Positions 60,453 to 64,000 of a DNA stretch of 64,000 nt are shown in pieces (the stretch's first letter is position 1; each line of letters opens with the position of its first letter). A program made the position numbers and the translations under genes. Origin of the DNA: Vulcanimicrobiales bacterium. GTDB taxonomy: Bacteria; Vulcanimicrobiota; Vulcanimicrobiia; Vulcanimicrobiales; Vulcanimicrobiaceae. The notes beneath the pieces are model-generated. The model had not been told where the DNA came from and made no database searches. It saw only the letters and a program-made list of their open reading frames with translations. The stretch covers positions 32,001 to 96,000 of the forward strand of contig JBBRLI010000004.1 of assembly GCA_038231455.1 (NCBI GenBank). Direction: 5' to 3'.

Positions 60453-61826
60453 ATGATCGATTTCCTAGCTTGGCGTCCGACGACGGCTCAAAAGCGGGCT
60501 GCAACAGCAAGCCTTGTGTTTATGCTGGTCATCTCAGCCGTCTCGACGCCCTTCGCGCGGATCCCGGGACCGCAACTGCCGGTCGCAATCGCCGCCTTTT
60601 TCGGCGTCATTTGTTTCGCTAGCGCCATCACCGCGGTGCTCTTCTTCAGTCAATACCGGACCACGCGGGCAACGCCACTTGGCATCCTCGGCTTTGCGTA
60701 TGCGTATCTCGCCTTTACGCAGCTCATCTACATTTTGACGTATCCCGGCGTCTTCGGCCCACTTGGGATGCCGGGCGCGCACCGCTCGACCTCGAGCTGG
60801 ATCTACTATATAACCCGACTTGGTTTTGCGAGTCTTGTGGCGCTCTACGCATGGTCGCGCCTGGCGTTTGCGGAGTCCACGAAGCGCGATGGCGGCCCGT
60901 TCCTTTCGCGCGTGATCGTGGGCTTCTCGACCTTCGCACTCGCCGCGATTGCATCGACCTTCGTCTTCGACTTGCCGCCGACGTTCTTGAACGGCGCGTG
61001 GACGCCGACAATGCGCTATGGACTCTTGCCGATCACCGCGATCGGCTTACTCGTGGCGATCGGCATGGTAGTTCGGTTCACGAAGCGCGACACGATCGTC
61101 GATTTGTGGCTGAGCGTCGCGCTTACAGCGAGCATTCTCGATCTCTATCTGACCTTTTTGGGACTTAATGCATATACGCTGGGTTGGTGGCTCGCGCGCC
61201 TTGCAATTCTCGCATCGTCAACGTCCATTCTCGTGATCTTTCTCTACCAGATCGACCGCATGTACGGACAGCTCAGCACGATGGCGCGCCATCTCTCCGA
61301 GCAGGCGCTGGTCGACGGTCTCACCGGCATCGCCAATCGGCGCGCATTCGATCAGTACGCATCGACTGCTTTACGCATGGCGCTCCGGCACAATCACGAT
61401 ATCGCCGTCATGATTATCGACATCGATCACTTCAAAATGTACAACGACACGTTCGGCCATCTCGCCGGCGATGACTGTCTGCGCCGAGTTGCCGAAACGA
61501 TCAACGCTCAGATCGGCAGGCCGAGTGACTTTGCCGCGCGCTACGGCGGCGAAGAGTTCGTCGTCGTGCTCATCGATATCGATCGTGCCGGCGTCGCGAT
61601 TGTTGCAGAACGCATCCGCGTCGCGATTCTAGCCGAAGCGATTCCGCACGCGCCGCAGGCGGGGCTCTTCGTCACCGCAAGCCTGGGCGCGTGCATGCTG
61701 CACGACGGTCGCGCGACGGCCGAGGAACTCATCGGGTGCGCCGACGCCGCGCTCTATCAAGCTAAGGCCCAAGGTCGCAATCGCGTCGTTCTCGCCGATG
61801 CGGGTCAAGCAGCCGTACACACTTAG
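60453..61826 (+). CDS. membrane (MASE4-like) GGDEF diguanylate cyclase
   Basis: About 8 TMs; DGLTGIANRR, DIDHFKMYND, RPSD I-site, ARYGGEEF. Confidence 0.9.
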   Translation: MIDFLAWRPTTAQKRAATASLVFMLVISAVSTPFARIPGPQLPVAIAAFFGVICFASAITAVLFFSQYRTTRATPLGILGFAYAYLAFTQLIYILTYPGVFGPLGMPGAHRSTSSWIYYITRLGFASLVALYAWSRLAFAESTKRDGGPFLSRVIVGFSTFALAAIASTFVFDLPPTFLNGAWTPTMRYGLLPITAIGLLVAIGMVVRFTKRDTIVDLWLSVALTASILDLYLTFLGLNAYTLGWWLARLAILASSTSILVIFLYQIDRMYGQLSTMARHLSEQALVDGLTGIANRRAFDQYASTALRMALRHNHDIAVMIIDIDHFKMYNDTFGHLAGDDCLRRVAETINAQIGRPSDFAARYGGEEFVVVLIDIDRAGVAIVAERIRVAILAEAIPHAPQAGLFVTASLGACMLHDGRATAEELIGCADAALYQAKAQGRNRVVLADAGQAAVHT

Positions 61827-62575
61827 GCTTCGAGTCGGCGCCAACGCAGAATCGCAATCGCCAGACCCAATGCGATGAGGACGCTTGCATCGAGCAACGC
61901 GGGTATTCCCCAGATTTGCATGCGTAGCATGTTCGTCGTGATTCCGTCGTTAGTTCGCACGGTCAGAAGCGCTAGCGGGTTGAGGTAATTCACGAGCTCG
62001 AATACACGCTTGATCGGGGCTGGAAATCCGATCGAAGGCGCGGCGAGGAGAAACATGAGCACGGGCCATGCAACCCCGGCAATCGTGGCAGCCATCCGCC
62101 GCTGTCCGGATGTTGCGGCCTGGAGCACCATATAGAAAGCGATGATAAAGAGCAACTCGATCGCTGTGCGTCCAAACCCAAGCGCCGTCACTTCGATCGG
62201 CATGCGGCCGAATATCGTTGTGAGAATTCCGATCCCCACGACGATCGCTGCCCCATAAGCAATCGCAATCGCCGCGATGTCGACGAGCATCGTTTCGAAT
62301 ATCAGCCGCTCGCGTCCGACCGGTTTCGTCCAGGAGAGCTCGAGATGTCCGGCAACGTGATACGCAAGGCTGGTGGCGAGCACGGTTGCAAACACAGTGG
62401 CGATTGCAGCCGCTATATAGGCAACGCCCTCGATCGGCTGGTTATCGATGTGATCGGTGTGCGCGTGGAAGGCAGCGTAGATGCGAAGAGCGACGGCGAC
62501 GAGGACCATGAACAGCAAGAAGAGCGCGTAGACTCCAAGCGCACGCCGAGCGCGGATGAATTCAACGTACCACAT
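61823..62575 (-). CDS. ABC exporter permease-like membrane protein
   Basis: 6 TMs; HLELSWTKPV, NYLNPL; downstream of an ABC ATPase. Confidence 0.75.
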   Translation of the reverse strand: MWYVEFIRARRALGVYALFLLFMVLVAVALRIYAAFHAHTDHIDNQPIEGVAYIAAAIATVFATVLATSLAYHVAGHLELSWTKPVGRERLIFETMLVDIAAIAIAYGAAIVVGIGILTTIFGRMPIEVTALGFGRTAIELLFIIAFYMVLQAATSGQRRMAATIAGVAWPVLMFLLAAPSIGFPAPIKRVFELVNYLNPLALLTVRTNDGITTNMLRMQIWGIPALLDASVLIALGLAIAILRWRRLEA

Positions 62576-63319
62576 TTAGACCTCCAACCGGCGCCATTGA
62601 ACGAGCGCGACGATAAAGCCGAGCACGACGATGAACGCCCCATCGACGATCGCGATCGGCGACCATGGCTCGAGACTGAGGAGATTGCTCGTGTGCCCGA
62701 GGTGCATGTTTGTCGAGATCAAGGCGAGTGGGTTGAGGTAGTTGATGGCCAGCAGCACGTGATGGACGGCTTCGGGGACCGGCGCCTGGATGACACCGCC
62801 CGCCAAGAGCAGTACCGGCCATGACAGCCCGGCGATCATGCCCGCGCGACGGCCGACTCCCGCCGTTACGCCTTGCACGAGCGCATAGAGCGAGATTGGA
62901 AAGAGCAACTCGGCCACGAGATGGCCGAGCTGCGTCGCTGAGAAGTCGAGGTGCGCCCCGTAGACGACACTGATGCCGATGAGGACGACGATCGTTGCCG
63001 TATATGCAATCGCGAGCGCACCAATATCGATTGCGAACGTTTGCGCAACGAGCCGATCTCGAGGAATCGGCTTGGTCCATGCGATCTCGAGATGACCGTT
63101 CACATGGCTCGAGAGACTCGTCGCTAGCACCGTACCGAGGATCGCGATCATGAATCCGGCGATGATCGTAAGGATATCGAGCTGGATGTGACTCGGTCCC
63201 GACTGCGGATGAACGTTGACATTAAAGCGGATCGTTAATGCGAGTGCGACGATTGCTACGACGATGATGCCATACACCGTGAGGGCGCGACGCGCTCGCA
63301 CGTATTCGATATACCACAT
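62576..63319 (-). CDS. ABC exporter permease-like membrane protein (paralog of the previous gene)
   Basis: MWYIEYVRARRAL, HLEIAWTKPI, NYLNPL, WRRLE shared with 61823-62575. Confidence 0.75.
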   Translation of the reverse strand: MWYIEYVRARRALTVYGIIVVAIVALALTIRFNVNVHPQSGPSHIQLDILTIIAGFMIAILGTVLATSLSSHVNGHLEIAWTKPIPRDRLVAQTFAIDIGALAIAYTATIVVLIGISVVYGAHLDFSATQLGHLVAELLFPISLYALVQGVTAGVGRRAGMIAGLSWPVLLLAGGVIQAPVPEAVHHVLLAINYLNPLALISTNMHLGHTSNLLSLEPWSPIAIVDGAFIVVLGFIVALVQWRRLEV

Positions 63320-63320
63320 A

Positions 63321-64000
63321 CTAGACGTCCTCTAAAGTGTTAGCGCGCGGCTCTTCAACCGCGTTGAAAAAGATTTCTTCAAGATTGAGATTGAGAATCG
63401 CGAGGTTGTTTGGAGCGTGCGCGTTGATGGCGACGGCAATCGCATCATGATCGCTCTGTACGAAGGCGCGCATCGTGTTGCCGCGCCACTCGATGCGCCT
63501 CACGCGCACGTCGGAGGCGAGTCCGTTCAGATCGGGCTTGCGATCGAACGTCGCCTCGATGAGTTTTTCGTTGTCTTTGAGTTCGTCGACGATTCCATCG
63601 ACGATGAGTTTGCCGCGTTTGAGAATTGCAACGCGATCGGCGGCCCGCTCGACTTGGCCGATTTGATGAGACGAGAAAAGAATGGTTGCGCCGTTTGCAG
63701 CGGCTTCGATTAAGAGATCGAGCACCGCACGCTGATTGATCGGATCGAGGCCCGAGGCTGGTTCGTCGAGGATCATGACACTCGGACGGATCGCAAAGGC
63801 GAGTGCTAACGCAAACGCGTTTTTCTGGCCCTTCGAATACTTGCGGACGCGTTTGCGCGCATCGAGGTCGAAGATCGATAGCATCTTCCGGGCTCGGGCG
63901 GTTTCGAACGTCTTATACGCGTGCTTCGCCATCGAGAAATGTTCTTCGCCCGTCATATCGTCGTATAGAGCGCTTCGTTCGGGAATGAACGCGACGCGTT
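63321..64000 (-). CDS. ABC transporter ATP-binding protein, partial (start beyond right edge)
   Basis: YSKGQK signature, ILDEPASGLDP, SSH; frame open to the window end. Confidence 0.9.
   Translation of the reverse strand, partial: RVAFIPERSALYDDMTGEEHFSMAKHAYKTFETARARKMLSIFDLDARKRVRKYSKGQKNAFALALAFAIRPSVMILDEPASGLDPINQRAVLDLLIEAAANGATILFSSHQIGQVERAADRVAILKRGKLIVDGIVDELKDNEKLIEATFDRKPDLNGLASDVRVRRIEWRGNTMRAFVQSDHDAIAVAINAHAPNNLAILNLNLEEIFFNAVEEPRANTLEDV

Noticed and set aside
1-64000. CRISPR arrays, IS elements, integrases, prophage or defence genes, rRNA/tRNA
   Set aside because: None recognised by eye; weak or short elements could have been missed without computation.

Overview
GC-rich bacterial chromosomal segment with about 55 CDSs. 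I found no rRNA, tRNA, CRISPR array, transposase or integrase. The gene mix (rpsO-pnp, futalosine-type UbiD/UbiA, IDI-2, PolX, MCPs, alpha-2-macroglobulin) suggests a motile soil Terrabacteria lineage such as Eremiobacterota/Vulcanimicrobiota; this is inference only. Contents: a 2-hydroxyacid oxidoreductase pair, an arginase operon, a BMP-type nucleoside ABC transporter, tandem PAS proteins, ilvE, ChrA, a secreted phosphoesterase cluster, a GMC oxidoreductase, a frameshifted alpha-2-macroglobulin, two MCPs (one frameshifted), an OFA transporter facing a selenocysteine formate dehydrogenase/Fe-S/NrfD operon, polX with a hybrid kinase, fni, two diguanylate cyclases, rpsO-panD-pnp, menaquinone genes and an ABC exporter. 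Most notable: (1) a recurrent RGG-N17/18-NGAA motif, matching the Bacillus sigma-H promoter geometry, 9-13 nt upstream of many starts that lack a clear Shine-Dalgarno; (2) a cluster with two adjacent enzyme-fold proteins that have each lost their nucleophile (SGNH Ser->Asp, PfpI Cys->Gly), together with an HTH protein and a peptide-binding protein; (3) a Tat-less Sec-FDH with a clear SECIS; (4) an unexplained ~90-nt stem-loop; (5) non-canonical start codons; (6) a relic of the ilvE 3' end marking a tandem duplication. All assignments come from reading motifs by eye, not from database searches.
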